A stretch of DNA of 64,000 bases from a virus (IMGVR_UViG_2754412371_000001:1-64000); one strand, 5' to 3'. Numbered from the stretch's first letter, positions 17,716 to 28,124 are shown. A program made the numbers and translations. Notes: generated by a model from the sequence alone, not told the origin.

Positions 17716-19977
17716 TTACTGGCAGGACGTGCAGTCGGGGTTCGTCACCGAGCAGAGCCCAGCCCCCACTTCCGCTTCCATCATGTCCTGAGCGGGCGCT
17801 TCAGCCGGCGCATCGACCGTCTTCGCTTGCTCTGCGCTCTGCGTGCGGAGGTAGTAGGTCGTCTTCAGGCCCAGCTTCCACGCGAGCATGTAGAGGGCCG
17901 ACAGATCCTTGCCCTTCGTGCCGGCCTTAATCCAGATGTTCGTGGATTGCGCTTGATCGATCCATTTCTGCCGGCGGGCCGCAGCCTTCACGATCCACGT
18001 AGGGTCAATTTCGAACGCGGTCTTGATCGTGTCCGAGAAGCGCAGCGACGGCGCGATCACGAGGAACTTGCCGCCCATGTTCTTCTTGGACGAGAAGCGC
18101 TCGAAGTTCGGCTCGATACAGGGTGATGCGCCCACGATGTTGCTGATCGTCGCGGTCGGCGCAATCGCCATCGTGTTGCTGTTGCGCATCCCATACGACA
18201 TGACGCGGTTGCGGAGCTCGACCCACTTTCCGGGCATCGTCATCGACTGGTCACGCGCCGTGTGGATCGGAAGAATGCCCTGCGACCACTTCGAACCCTC
18301 GAACGTGCTGTATGCGCCGCGCTCGACAGCCAGGTCACACGACGCGCTGATTGCTTCATACGACAGCCGCTCCAACAGCTCGTCGTTTAGATCGAGGCAG
18401 GCATCCGACTCCCAATCGATGCCCTTCTGCGCCATCAGGTCGGACAAACCCATCAGCCCCAGGCCCACCGGGCGGTGCCGCATGTTGGCTGCCCTCGCCC
18501 GGTCGCTCGGGTAGAAGTTGATATCGATCACGTTGTCGAGCATCCGCATGCCGGTCTTGATGACGCGGTGAAACAGCCTCGGGTGGTCGAACGGGTTGAC
18601 GCGGCCGACGTTAACCGAACCGAGGTTGCACACGAACGTCTCGTCTTCCGAGTTGTTCAGAACGATCTCGGTGCAGAGATTCGAGTTGTGGACCACACCA
18701 ACGTGTGACTGCGGATTCCGACGATTGCACTCGTCCTTCCACGTCATCCACGGGTTACCCGTCTCGAACAACGCCGTCAGCATGTCGCGCCAGAGCTTGA
18801 TCGCTTCAACCTCGCCAACGTATGCGCCGGCCGCCTCCAGCTCCTCGTAGCGCGCCTTGAACGCATCGCCATAGAGCTCATGCAGGTCCGGGTGCTGCGA
18901 CGGATCGAAGAAGCGCCACATGCCGCGGGCTTCGACTCGCTCCATGAACAGGTCGGGGATCCAGTTGGCCGGGAAGATATCGTGGGCACGCTCGTGCTCG
19001 TCGCCCGTGTTCTTGCGCAGCAGTAGGAACTTCGGCAGGTCCGGGTGCCAGGTTTCCAAATACGGCGCGAAGCTGCCCTTGCGCTTACCGCCCTGATTCA
19101 CGGCGACCGCGGTGTCGTTGTAGACCTTCAGATAGGGGACGACGCCCGAGCTTTTTCCATTCGTGCCCTTTATGTGGGCGCCGGCGCCGCGAACCGGGGT
19201 CCAGTCCGTGCCGATGCCGCCGGCATACTTCGACAACAGCGCGCATTCCGTGATCGCGCCATAGATCGAATTGAACTCGTGCTCGCCCTCGTCGGCGACG
19301 ATCGAGTCGCCCACCTTGTTGCCGTAGCAAGACGACATTTGCTGATGCAGCGTGGCGGAGTTGAACAGCGTCGGCGTCGACGACACGAAGTAGAACTGCG
19401 ACAGCACGTGATAGAACTCGATCGCGCGCTCGGTCGGATCGTCTTCGCGCAATGCGAGGCCCATCGCGACACGCATCCAGAAATGCTGCGGCATTTCGAG
19501 AATGCGGCCGTCAGGCGTCTCGCGGATGAAGTAGCGATCCGCGAGGGTCTGCAAACCCAGATAGTCGAACAGGTCATCACGGTCCGGGCAAATTGCCGCG
19601 TCGAGCGCCTCCAAGTCAAAACGGCCGTCGATCAGATCCGGGGAGAGCTTCTGCGCACGCACGGCCGAAGCAAGATATCCCGCGAGGCGCGGATAGTGAA
19701 TCGAGTTGTGCGATTCCTTGAAGATCTGCTGCTTCAGGAGGCGGGCCGCTACGAACGTGTAGTCCGGGGCTTCCGTGCTGATGAGGCCAGCCGCGGCGAG
19801 GATCGTCGCGCGGTGAATGTCGGCGGTCGAGATACCGTCGAAGAACATTTGGCCGATGCTGGTTTCCAGCTCCGACTGCGAGACGTTCAGGCCGGCGCAG
19901 GCCCAAGCAGTTGCTTTTTGGATCTTCTCGATCTGGAGCGGCTCGCGGGAGCCATCACGCTTTACGACTTCTTGCAT
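17716..19977 (-). CDS. nrdA: Ribonucleotide reductase class I alpha subunit with ATP cone
   Basis: VVKRDG ATP cone; TPTLFN; SNLCTE; APTATIS; KTTYY; C-terminal CxxC. Confidence 0.96.
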   Translation of the reverse strand: MQEVVKRDGSREPLQIEKIQKATAWACAGLNVSQSELETSIGQMFFDGISTADIHRATILAAAGLISTEAPDYTFVAARLLKQQIFKESHNSIHYPRLAGYLASAVRAQKLSPDLIDGRFDLEALDAAICPDRDDLFDYLGLQTLADRYFIRETPDGRILEMPQHFWMRVAMGLALREDDPTERAIEFYHVLSQFYFVSSTPTLFNSATLHQQMSSCYGNKVGDSIVADEGEHEFNSIYGAITECALLSKYAGGIGTDWTPVRGAGAHIKGTNGKSSGVVPYLKVYNDTAVAVNQGGKRKGSFAPYLETWHPDLPKFLLLRKNTGDEHERAHDIFPANWIPDLFMERVEARGMWRFFDPSQHPDLHELYGDAFKARYEELEAAGAYVGEVEAIKLWRDMLTALFETGNPWMTWKDECNRRNPQSHVGVVHNSNLCTEIVLNNSEDETFVCNLGSVNVGRVNPFDHPRLFHRVIKTGMRMLDNVIDINFYPSDRARAANMRHRPVGLGLMGLSDLMAQKGIDWESDACLDLNDELLERLSYEAISASCDLAVERGAYSTFEGSKWSQGILPIHTARDQSMTMPGKWVELRNRVMSYGMRNSNTMAIAPTATISNIVGASPCIEPNFERFSSKKNMGGKFLVIAPSLRFSDTIKTAFEIDPTWIVKAAARRQKWIDQAQSTNIWIKAGTKGKDLSALYMLAWKLGLKTTYYLRTQSAEQAKTVDAPAEAPAQDMMEAEVGAGLCSVTNPDCTSCQ

Positions 19978-20015
19978 GCTGTATCTATTCGTTGGAGAAG
20001 GAGGGTCTGGGAGTA

Positions 20016-20033
20016 TAAGTCAGCGTTAACTTA
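20016..20033 (-). promoter_or_regulatory. Motif copy TAAGTC-AGCGTT-AACTTA abutting TATACT
   Basis: Upstream of nrdA. Confidence 0.7.
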
Positions 20034-20098
20034 TCTTCCAGACCAAATAAAAAGTCGCTGAGCGACCCTTGATTTCAGTGTAGTTTGGCGGGGCTGCT

Positions 20099-20680
20099 TT
20101 ACGCTGCGAGCAGCGACCGGCGCATCGCGATCATCTGTTCGAAGTCGCGTGTCTCGATGCCCGCATGAATCGCGGCAACCGCGTCCGCCAAGTGCTCGTT
20201 GCTCTTCGTGAGCACGGGCTTACCGCGCAGGGTGCGGGTCTTCCAGGGCGCGGCCGGATACTTCGTCACGGCCCACTCGATCATTTCCTCCTTCGCGGCT
20301 TGCCGGTGCCCCACTGCTGCCATCTTCACGTCCATCGGGAAGACCTCGATGATCGGGATCGGACAGCTCGCAAGCACGCCGACGACGAAGCCGGCGTTGA
20401 AGATCGCGTTGTTGTATTTGGCGGCGTTCCCCAGCGGGATTTCGGAGAACGCGACATGAGCGCGCCCTTGCAGTGCTTTGAGCATGCCCTCGCGCACCTC
20501 ATAGGCGCGTCGGAGATCGTCCGACACCTTCTTCACCTGCTTGGTCGAATCGGGCTCCGTTTCGACCAGGATCAGGTCAGTGACCTTGAGTTCCATGTTG
20601 TCGATGTCCAGGTCCGCGAGTGCGATCCCGAAGTTGCTCATCGACGGGTCCAGTCCCGCCACCTTGATGATGCTGCTCAT
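20099..20680 (-). CDS. ruvC: RuvC-like Holliday junction resolvase
   Basis: GLDPSMSNFG; AFSE; K..MI; EHLADA.A. Confidence 0.82.
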   Translation of the reverse strand: MSSIIKVAGLDPSMSNFGIALADLDIDNMELKVTDLILVETEPDSTKQVKKVSDDLRRAYEVREGMLKALQGRAHVAFSEIPLGNAAKYNNAIFNAGFVVGVLASCPIPIIEVFPMDVKMAAVGHRQAAKEEMIEWAVTKYPAAPWKTRTLRGKPVLTKSNEHLADAVAAIHAGIETRDFEQMIAMRRSLLAA

Positions 20681-20700
20681 GGTGATTCCTTCTGAGTGGG

Positions 20701-21129
20701 TTACCAGCTTGCGAACGCAGGGTCAGCCATCTGAGCACTGCGCTCAGCTGCCTTCGCGGCGACGACCGCTGCGTCCATGTTTTCGATTGCCTCGCCGATG
20801 CTGCCGCCGGCACACGAGTCGGCGAACGCCTTGAAGCCATTCAGGCCGTCACACGCCTCGTTGAGCGGCATTTCCATGAACGACCAGTCGACCGGCACAC
20901 GGGACTTGAACACCCCGATCACATCGCCCCGTTTGCCTGCGTATGCCGACGAGAACGAGAACGCCTCGTCGCCAATGAATGCCTTCTTCTTGTATTGCCC
21001 CTGACGCGTCTTGATCGTCAGCGTTGCCGGCCCGGACAGCTTGAAACCGTCTGCGGGCTGAAATACCCGCCGAGCCTCGTCACAGAACATCGCGGCCAAC
21101 TTCACCGCTTGTGCTTGCTTGTCTTCCAT
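20701..21129 (-). CDS. Hypothetical protein (alternative start 21273)
   Basis: Strong SD AAGGAGG before ATG 21129; ends PAFASW. Confidence 0.65.
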   Translation of the reverse strand: MEDKQAQAVKLAAMFCDEARRVFQPADGFKLSGPATLTIKTRQGQYKKKAFIGDEAFSFSSAYAGKRGDVIGVFKSRVPVDWSFMEMPLNEACDGLNGFKAFADSCAGGSIGEAIENMDAAVVAAKAAERSAQMADPAFASW

Positions 21130-21269
21130 CTGTTGCTCCTCCTTAGCTGCGAGCTGAACGCCTCCGGGCATAGTGGCGTTCAGCTTCTCCATCGCCGCGA
21201 GAATCCCGTCGAGCGTCGGAGCCTTCGTTGTGTGGGTGGACGCGTTCGGGGCCGACACACCGAATGGGA

Positions 21270-23234
21270 TCACGCGTGACACAGCGCCCCCGATACCGTC
21301 GACACGCCTCCACTTTTCGTCACCGTCGCAGTCTGGTCGCACCAGTCGGACAGCGATTCGTGGCTGATAATCAGAACGGTGCCCTTCTCCCGCGCCTTCT
21401 GCTCCAGCACGGTCATGAGACGCTCGAGGCCCGAGTTGTCGAGCGCATCGTCGATTTCGTCACCGACCCACAAAGAAATGGGCTTGGCTGCTCGCGACGC
21501 CACGAGGTCTTGCAGCGCGAGCATGGTCGCGAGTCGCACCTTGCGCTTCTCGCCGCCCGACAGCCCGCCGAAGTTGTCTGCGCCCTCGGCATTCTCCACG
21601 TCGATGTGGAACTTCTCTCGGGCCTCGCCCTTTGTCGTGTTCGCCAGCGTCGACCAGACTGCGCTGATGTTCCCGTCCGACAGAGCCGACAGGTAGTCGG
21701 ACGTGCGGTCGTTTAGGAACGGAGTCACCGTATCGAGGATCTGAGCGCGCACGCCCGCCGGCCCGAATACCTTCACGACGCTCTCCGCGACTTCGGCGGC
21801 CTGCAGAAGCGGTTCCTGCGCCGCCTTGACGTCTGCCACCTGCTTCTCGAGCGCTTCGATCTGCTGCTTGCCCATGTCGACGGCCGACTGGTGGGGATTG
21901 ACCGCCGTCAGCGCAGCCGCAGCTTGCGTCGCGCATCGGTCGTGCTCGTTCTTCTGCTGTTGCAGGACGTTCTTCAGATGTTGCGCCGAGCTGATGTGGG
22001 TGTTGAGCTCGGCGACGCGCGCCGACACCGCGGAGACGTCGGGAATCGTCGCCGCGTAGTCCGCCACCGCCTTACCAGCCGCGGTAACTTTTGCTTCCAG
22101 CGTCTCGACCTCAGCGCGCTTTGCCTGGTATTCGGTCGCGACCTCGGCTGCCTTCGTCTTCTGATGCGTAATGAAGGTGTCCAGTTCGTCCGGCGTGTGA
22201 GGCTTTCCACATTCCCCGCACGGCTTCGACATAGCTTCCGGCGCGTTCTTGATCGCCTCTGTCAGCGCAACAACCCGTGTTCGGATCGAACCGAGCTCAG
22301 TCTGTGCCACCGTGAGCGCATGACGTGCGTTGTTCTCGTCGCGGATCAGTGCGTCACGCTGCTGAAGGAGCTTGTTGTGGTCGGCCAGCTGCGCTTGGAG
22401 CGAATCACGCTCCGCTATCAGCTCCGGCTCCTTCATGTTCTGATAGGTCGTAAAGTTCTTGCGCATCGCATCTGCGATCGCATCCTGACGCTCGACCCAC
22501 CCCTTCTGCACGTCCGGCCGCGCGGCCTCGAACTGAGCGTGCTGCTGTTCCGCCTGCTGAAGCGACACCTTCCAGTTGATGATGTGGGCTTCGGCATTCT
22601 CGATCTGCTTCTTCGACGACTCGATAGCCGCCACCGCGGCGTCCCGCTTCTTGCCCGCAATCTCATAGGCTTTCTCGAGACGTTCGATGCCGGCAGCCTT
22701 CTCGATAAGCATCTTGAGCGGCTTGTCTGTCATCTTCGGCAGGTCGGGCATGTCTTCCTGCCCCGCGTAGATCGCCGCCTTGAACACCTCATAGGTGCAG
22801 CCGACGATTTCGTTGATCTGAGACTGGATCTCCTTCTCGGTGCCCTTCTCGATCCGCTCGCCGGCACCGCTGTTGAAGTAGTGATCGGCCGGGTTCCAGA
22901 CCGTGATGGTCGTCCCGTTCTTGAACTGCTTGTCCTTGCGGTGCCGACGGATCTCATAGATCGACTCGCCATCCTGCACGGTCACTGCGGCGTATGTGTT
23001 CTTCTTCGCCTTCCGGTTGATGATCGAGTCGCCCGACTCGCCACGAGCTGTCGACCCGAAAAGCGCCCAGCACAATGCGTCAGCGATCGAGGATTTGCCC
23101 GACCCGTTCGATTTCGCCGACGAGTCGTCCTTGTTCTCGCCCATGATCGCGATCAGGCCGCGATCCTTGAGCGGCATGTCGCCCGTGTCGCCCAGCGTCA
23201 GGAAGTTGACCGCGCGCAGTTTCAGAAAATCCAT
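21270..23234 (-). CDS. sbcC: SbcC/Rad50-like ATPase
   Basis: NGSGKS Walker A, coiled coil with CGECG zinc hook, LSGGEK signature, DEIDD Walker B. Confidence 0.92.
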   Translation of the reverse strand: MDFLKLRAVNFLTLGDTGDMPLKDRGLIAIMGENKDDSSAKSNGSGKSSIADALCWALFGSTARGESGDSIINRKAKKNTYAAVTVQDGESIYEIRRHRKDKQFKNGTTITVWNPADHYFNSGAGERIEKGTEKEIQSQINEIVGCTYEVFKAAIYAGQEDMPDLPKMTDKPLKMLIEKAAGIERLEKAYEIAGKKRDAAVAAIESSKKQIENAEAHIINWKVSLQQAEQQHAQFEAARPDVQKGWVERQDAIADAMRKNFTTYQNMKEPELIAERDSLQAQLADHNKLLQQRDALIRDENNARHALTVAQTELGSIRTRVVALTEAIKNAPEAMSKPCGECGKPHTPDELDTFITHQKTKAAEVATEYQAKRAEVETLEAKVTAAGKAVADYAATIPDVSAVSARVAELNTHISSAQHLKNVLQQQKNEHDRCATQAAAALTAVNPHQSAVDMGKQQIEALEKQVADVKAAQEPLLQAAEVAESVVKVFGPAGVRAQILDTVTPFLNDRTSDYLSALSDGNISAVWSTLANTTKGEAREKFHIDVENAEGADNFGGLSGGEKRKVRLATMLALQDLVASRAAKPISLWVGDEIDDALDNSGLERLMTVLEQKAREKGTVLIISHESLSDWCDQTATVTKSGGVSTVSGALCHA

Positions 23235-23428
23235 TACAGCTCCTCGATCTTGTATGCGACAACGTCAGATGCGTTGACGTAGATTGCCTTCACCGGCTCG
23301 GGATCGTTGACGTCCACACGCACCAGTCGATTCTCAGCGCCGGAGTGGTGCGGCACGCACTGGCCGGCGGTGATAACGAGCGGATTCGCGTCGAAGTCCC
23401 GCATCCAGAATGTTGCTCGAACGCTCAT
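23234..23428 (-). CDS. Small hypothetical protein
   Basis: Fills the gap exactly between sbcD and sbcC. Confidence 0.55.
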   Translation of the reverse strand: MSVRATFWMRDFDANPLVITAGQCVPHHSGAENRLVRVDVNDPEPVKAIYVNASDVVAYKIEEL

Positions 23429-24490
23429 TTAGACTGCCTCCGCCAGAACTTTGATCGCTTCCTGAGCCACCAGATCGGCATGCTCGAAGCTGCCACTCTT
23501 GATGTAGCTCGTCACCGACACCTCGACCGACGCGCCCGCTTTCACGGTGCTTGCCGTAGCGCGAGTCGTGCAAGCGGACTTCACGACGTTGACCTGCACT
23601 CCCAGCGCGCCCGCTTTCATGAGCGCATCGCGGATTGCCGACACCTCGGACGGCTTTGCATCGACGACCTTCACGCGGACGTAGTTGCCGTCGCACCGCA
23701 GTTGCACCTCGACCGGGTCCATGCCCGCTTCGATGTCGACGAACTCCGGTGCATTGGTGCTGTGCCACTTCACCTCGTTTTCCGTCACGATGAGGAAGCC
23801 GGCCTTCGAGCCAACGTCACCCCATGTCTGGTGCGTCAGCGCGCCGATCGACCAGACCTTGCCCGGCACGATTTCCTTGTGGTTGTGATAGTGGCCGGAG
23901 AACACGCGCTTGAATCCCAGGTCCGCGAGCCATTCGCCCGTCAGCCCGTGATCCGGCAGCCCCGCGATGACGCCGTCGATCGGCGCGTGGATGATGAGGT
24001 CGTAGCTGTCGATGGCGCCGTTGTCGCCCATGACTTCCGCGATGCCCTTCAGCTTCTCCTTCAGGTCTTCGACCCGCTCGATCCAGGGCACCATGACTAC
24101 GCGATTCTCGGCGTATTCGAACCAGTCGTCCTCGACGTCGATCCACCCGCTGCGCATCGCTTCGACTGCGTTCCCGACGCGGTTCGAATGGCGATGCTCA
24201 AGATCGTGATTGCCGGGGAGCAGCTTGAATTTCACGCCGTATGTGCGGTAAATGTGCTCGTAGCGATCGCGCGTCGGGTTCAGCACGCTCGGCTCGATCG
24301 AGCCGCGAACGTGAAACAGATCGCCTCCGTGGTAAACCGTGTCACCACCCGCAGCAACCACTTCACGAGCGCACCGCTCGGTGTCGTCCAGGATCATCTT
24401 CAGGCGGTTGTTCACCAGATCCTCGCCGACGTGCGAGAAGGCGTTCCAGTTATGGTTGTGGGTGTCGCTGATGACGCCGTATGGCTTCAT
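23429..24490 (-). CDS. sbcD: SbcD/Mre11-like metallophosphoesterase nuclease
   Basis: SDTH, GDLFH, GNHD, GHYH; adjacent to sbcC. Confidence 0.9.
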   Translation of the reverse strand: MKPYGVISDTHNHNWNAFSHVGEDLVNNRLKMILDDTERCAREVVAAGGDTVYHGGDLFHVRGSIEPSVLNPTRDRYEHIYRTYGVKFKLLPGNHDLEHRHSNRVGNAVEAMRSGWIDVEDDWFEYAENRVVMVPWIERVEDLKEKLKGIAEVMGDNGAIDSYDLIIHAPIDGVIAGLPDHGLTGEWLADLGFKRVFSGHYHNHKEIVPGKVWSIGALTHQTWGDVGSKAGFLIVTENEVKWHSTNAPEFVDIEAGMDPVEVQLRCDGNYVRVKVVDAKPSEVSAIRDALMKAGALGVQVNVVKSACTTRATASTVKAGASVEVSVTSYIKSGSFEHADLVAQEAIKVLAEAV

Positions 24491-24584
24491 TTTTACCTCG
24501 TTGATTGTGCCCATACGGGCATTCTGAATTTCGATCACTGGATGCAAAACCGGGGCACTCGGCCCCGGTCTTCACAGCTTTGAA

Positions 24585-25133
24585 TCAGGCGGGCTGCGCT
24601 TGCGGTTCCATCCGCGCATCGGTTGTCATCCGCGAAACCTGCTCCGCGTGAATCGCGGCAGTGTTGTTCGCTGCCGACGCAGCCAACGAATCGACACGGG
24701 CGGACAATTCGGATACGTCGATCGGTTCCTTCGGCGCACCCTCGCCGTTACCGGCTGCCTTGCGAAGACTGTCCTCGAGATCCGCCTCGGTGCTCAGCAC
24801 GGCGGACAACGCGCCAAGCTGCATCGCCAAGACCATTCCGACGAGCGAGGCAACGATGAAGTGCCCGTGATAGGCGAGCGTCAGGAACAGGCTTGCATCG
24901 AACATCCGATACAGGACCAAGAGGTATCGTCGGAAGCCCGGTGCGGGAACCTCGACCGCCTTGACGCCGCCGCGGGCGAACATACGGACGATCGACAGAA
25001 CCGCGACGCAGCCGCAGAGATACGCAGCGAAGCTCTCGGCGCTCGCGTGATGGACTCCGGCCAGCGGAGCAAACGGGATCGCGAGCAGCATCACGATGCA
25101 GAAGAGAAAGGAAAGAAACGAAGTTGCCTTCAT
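24585..25133 (-). CDS. Membrane protein
   Basis: 3-4 hydrophobic segments. Confidence 0.65.
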   Translation of the reverse strand: MKATSFLSFLFCIVMLLAIPFAPLAGVHHASAESFAAYLCGCVAVLSIVRMFARGGVKAVEVPAPGFRRYLLVLYRMFDASLFLTLAYHGHFIVASLVGMVLAMQLGALSAVLSTEADLEDSLRKAAGNGEGAPKEPIDVSELSARVDSLAASAANNTAAIHAEQVSRMTTDARMEPQAQPA

Positions 25134-25182
25134 GGTGTTCCTGGTGTGTTGAGTGGTTAAAAATAGGTGCTACACATTTATT

Positions 25183-25200
25183 ATAGTCAGTGCTGACTTA
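25183..25200 (-). promoter_or_regulatory. Motif copy ATAGTC-AGTGCT-GACTTA abutting TATAAT
   Basis: Contains the stop codon of the hydrolase gene. Confidence 0.75.
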
Positions 25201-25605
25201 TGTTTGAGTGTAAAAAATGTGCTTCCCGATCACGGCCGAGCGCTTGAACTCTTTGCTCCATGCCGGGCGCACATAGTTGGCGTGATAGAACGTCGCCCCG
25301 TGCGTCACATCAACCTTGTGGCCGTGCAGGGTCTGCCACGCAACCTTCTTCGCGACCTCCCATGCTTCTTCGTCCTTCGGAGCGGCAGACTTGACCAGCG
25401 TGTAGCTGTCACCGTTGCGACGCACGCGGCGCTTCGTCCAACTGAACTGATGCGGCTTCGTGACGACTTCACATACCTTGTTCTTGTCGCCATCCGCGCG
25501 GTTCATCGTAACCGCAGCAACGGCGTATTGCCCCAGGATGGGTTCAGAGCGGCTCTCGTAATACACATTGAGTGCCAGGCACAAAAGCGCGGACGCTAAA
25601 ACCAT
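25198..25605 (-). CDS. SleB/Hydrolase_2-family cell wall hydrolase
   Basis: CLALNVYYESR.E...VA.V.MNR..QFSW...GAT.YHA..V.P.W...IG.H.FY. Confidence 0.88.
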   Translation of the reverse strand: MVLASALLCLALNVYYESRSEPILGQYAVAAVTMNRADGDKNKVCEVVTKPHQFSWTKRRVRRNGDSYTLVKSAAPKDEEAWEVAKKVAWQTLHGHKVDVTHGATFYHANYVRPAWSKEFKRSAVIGKHIFYTQT

Positions 25606-25648
25606 TCGCCTTCCCTTGTGTTGGTTGACAATGTTGAATTGTATCAAA

Positions 25649-25666
25649 TAGATCACTTGCGACTTA
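25649..25666. promoter_or_regulatory. Motif copy TAGATC-ACTTGC-GACTTA
   Basis: Upstream of cell wall hydrolase. Confidence 0.55.
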
Positions 25667-26113
25667 TTATTGTCGCCCGCGAATCCGCATAAGGTCGATC
25701 GTCGCCTCAGCAGGCGCGAGCGACTGGACGAACTGCGAGCGCGGCAAATACCACTGCCGCGCCCCGACCTTGCCCTGTCGCCCTACGTGGTTGCTATAGT
25801 TGAGGACGATGGCGCCCGCGTCTTTGTCGGTCATGCGCTCGATGGTGGTCAGGTATCGATCCCCGTTCGTGACCAGGACTCCGATATGCGTGCAGCCCTT
25901 CGATTTGATGACGCGCACCGTCTCGGTATCGATCGCCCACGCGTCGAGCTCGAGGAAGACCTCGTCGGGCTTTCGGAAGGCCCAATAGATCGTCATTCCG
26001 TTCGGATACTTGCGGATCTCGCCGAAGAGCGCCCTGCCCTTTTTCACCTTCGCGGCCTGATACGTGCCGCAGGGCGACGGCACGTAATCCTTGACCTTCG
26101 TTTCACCTGCCAT
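25667..26113 (-). CDS. Hypothetical protein
   Basis: Start reassigned to ATG 26113. Confidence 0.6.
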   Translation of the reverse strand: MAGETKVKDYVPSPCGTYQAAKVKKGRALFGEIRKYPNGMTIYWAFRKPDEVFLELDAWAIDTETVRVIKSKGCTHIGVLVTNGDRYLTTIERMTDKDAGAIVLNYSNHVGRQGKVGARQWYLPRSQFVQSLAPAEATIDLMRIRGRQ

Positions 26114-26399
26114 ACAGCGCTCGGCGCGTCTCGTCGTTCTCGCCAGTGCCGGCGATCGCACGCTGGAGCGACTCGACCGCCGCTGTGAACAGTTTTGCCC
26201 GCCAGCCACGCCCGCTGTAATTGATGGACCCGAGGGCGCTACGGCGCGGCAGGCCCGTGCCGAGCATGAAGTTGCGCCGCTTTTCTGCCACGGTGACGAA
26301 GCCACTGCGGCCCGGCGCGACGATGGTCACTGCGTCCTCGACCCCATACGGCTCAACGGTCCAGTCTTCAGGGAGTGTGATCGGAATGTTCGGTTTCAT
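26103..26399 (-). CDS. Hypothetical protein
   Basis: Ends YSGRGWR.KL..AV..L; coupled. Confidence 0.6.
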   Translation of the reverse strand: MKPNIPITLPEDWTVEPYGVEDAVTIVAPGRSGFVTVAEKRRNFMLGTGLPRRSALGSINYSGRGWRAKLFTAAVESLQRAIAGTGENDETRRALYGR

Positions 26400-26757
26400 C
26401 GGGAATTCGTCTCAAGTAAATAACGGTGGTGAGCTTATTGTCGTGAGCGATGTGCGGCCCGTAGCGCTTCTGCATGTTCGCGATCAGACGTGCGGGCGCG
26501 CTCTCCACGTCAGGGTTGTCTATCTGGTTGTGGTTGAATACCGCGTGCGTCTCGGCGAGCTCGCGCAGCTTGCCCGTGAAGACAGCTCCCACCGTGGCGC
26601 GTCCGAAGATCAGCATCTTCTTTTTGTCCATCAGGTAGACGGTGTCACCGTCCTTCACGCGGCCCGCCCACACCTTGCCTATGCGAAATGTGTTGAACGG
26701 CAAAACGCCGTCGAGCCCTTCGGCCGGCGGCGCAAATTCGATTACGTGATGGTTCAT
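26368..26757 (-). CDS. Hypothetical protein, possibly ASCH/PUA-like
   Basis: FNTFR.G..W...VK.GD.V pattern resembles ASCH; by eye. Confidence 0.6.
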   Translation of the reverse strand: MNHHVIEFAPPAEGLDGVLPFNTFRIGKVWAGRVKDGDTVYLMDKKKMLIFGRATVGAVFTGKLRELAETHAVFNHNQIDNPDVESAPARLIANMQKRYGPHIAHDNKLTTVIYLRRIPDETEHSDHTP

Positions 26758-26813
26758 ATCGCCTCACTCATTCAGGTTCGAGATACCCTGAATGTAGTGA
26801 GGCGCTCCGCGTT

Positions 26814-27881
26814 TTACGCTGCTGCCGGTGCAGGAACTGCCGGTGCTGCGGTCGGCGCCGGGTAGTGGCTCGGATACAGCATGTGCAGCAGAACCGGCTT
26901 CAGGCCGCCCGTATCGACAATTTCGGCGAGCTGCTTCGGCGGGTAGCTATTCCCGTTGACCCATTCGACGCGACCGGTGGTGAGCTTCTTGAGCTTTCCG
27001 ACCGCGATTGCGTGCTCGATCAGGGAAAGCGTCAGGTTCACCGTCGTCATGCCGTCGTCCTCGAACTGCAGGCGAAGATCGACTTCCTGACGCGGGCGCG
27101 CCAGCTTGTTCTTCTTGGTTTCGATGCCCATCAACTGTCCGACGATCTCGTTCTTGCCGCCCACCTTTTGATAGATGAACTTCTTCCCGAGCGCGAGGCG
27201 GTGCGTCGCGTAGAACTCGAATGCCGAACCGCCCGGCGTGCGCGTCGGATCGCCATACACCACACCCGGCGTCGTGCGGATCTGGTTCAGGTAGATGATC
27301 GTGATGTTCAGCTTCGCCGCCTGCTGGTTGATTGCCTTCAGCGTCGTGGACGACACGCGGGCGAGCGCAGTCGTGTCGTTCATGTTGTAGTCCGTGATGC
27401 CCTTCTCGAACACGGACTGCGGGATCATCGCGGCGACCGAATCGAACACAACGACGATCGGCGCGAGCGGATCGAGCTTCTTGCTCTTGCGGATCGCTTC
27501 AGCAGCTTGCAGCGCCATCGTATTCGAAGCTTCCCACGTATCCGGGCGCTTGTAGATGAAGAACGGGAACTGATCGTTCAGGCCGCTGCGCACCGCGAAC
27601 GGAACCTGGAACGTGAGCTCGTGATCCATGAACAGTGCGACACCGCCCATTTCCTGCGATCGGCGCATGATCTGCGTGGCAAGCCAGGTCTTGCCCGAGC
27701 TCGACGGCCCGAAAATCTCGATGATACGACCCATCGGAATACCGCCGTCCTTCGGGTTGCCCGAGAGGATTTCGTTCAGAGGCTCATAGCCGGTGTCGAT
27801 GTAGCCGGGAACCTCCAGCTCTTCGTCGTTCTCGCCAACAGCGCCCAAAATTGCCTTCGCCAGATCGTCTGCCAAACTCAT
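26814..27881 (-). CDS. recA: RecA/UvsX-like recombinase
   Basis: IDTG..LN; GRIIEIFGPSSSGKT; FDSVAAM; NQIR; PGG.A.EFYA. Confidence 0.93.
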   Translation of the reverse strand: MSLADDLAKAILGAVGENDEELEVPGYIDTGYEPLNEILSGNPKDGGIPMGRIIEIFGPSSSGKTWLATQIMRRSQEMGGVALFMDHELTFQVPFAVRSGLNDQFPFFIYKRPDTWEASNTMALQAAEAIRKSKKLDPLAPIVVVFDSVAAMIPQSVFEKGITDYNMNDTTALARVSSTTLKAINQQAAKLNITIIYLNQIRTTPGVVYGDPTRTPGGSAFEFYATHRLALGKKFIYQKVGGKNEIVGQLMGIETKKNKLARPRQEVDLRLQFEDDGMTTVNLTLSLIEHAIAVGKLKKLTTGRVEWVNGNSYPPKQLAEIVDTGGLKPVLLHMLYPSHYPAPTAAPAVPAPAAA

Positions 27882-27884
27882 GCC

Positions 27885-28124
27885 TTACTCCTTGCTGTCG
27901 TCTTTAACACGCCACACACCGGTGCGGCCTTCTTCGTCTTTTCGGATTGACACCCGGATACCCACACGGTGTGCTGCTACGCGGATCGCGCTCCTCGCCT
28001 TCTCGAGGTCAACGTCGGCCGGTATCAGGAACGAGTGCCCCACGTCGAGCAGCTTCAGATAGTTCGACCACACCACCTGTCGCGGCGGTATCGGAACATC
28101 CTTTCGAATCACAATCTCTTCCAC
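27885..28124 (-). CDS. Small basic putative DNA-binding protein
   Basis: IRKDVPIP...L.VG.SF....G.GVWR pattern. Confidence 0.6.
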   Translation of the reverse strand: MEEIVIRKDVPIPPRQVVWSNYLKLLDVGHSFLIPADVDLEKARSAIRVAAHRVGIRVSIRKDEEGRTGVWRVKDDSKE

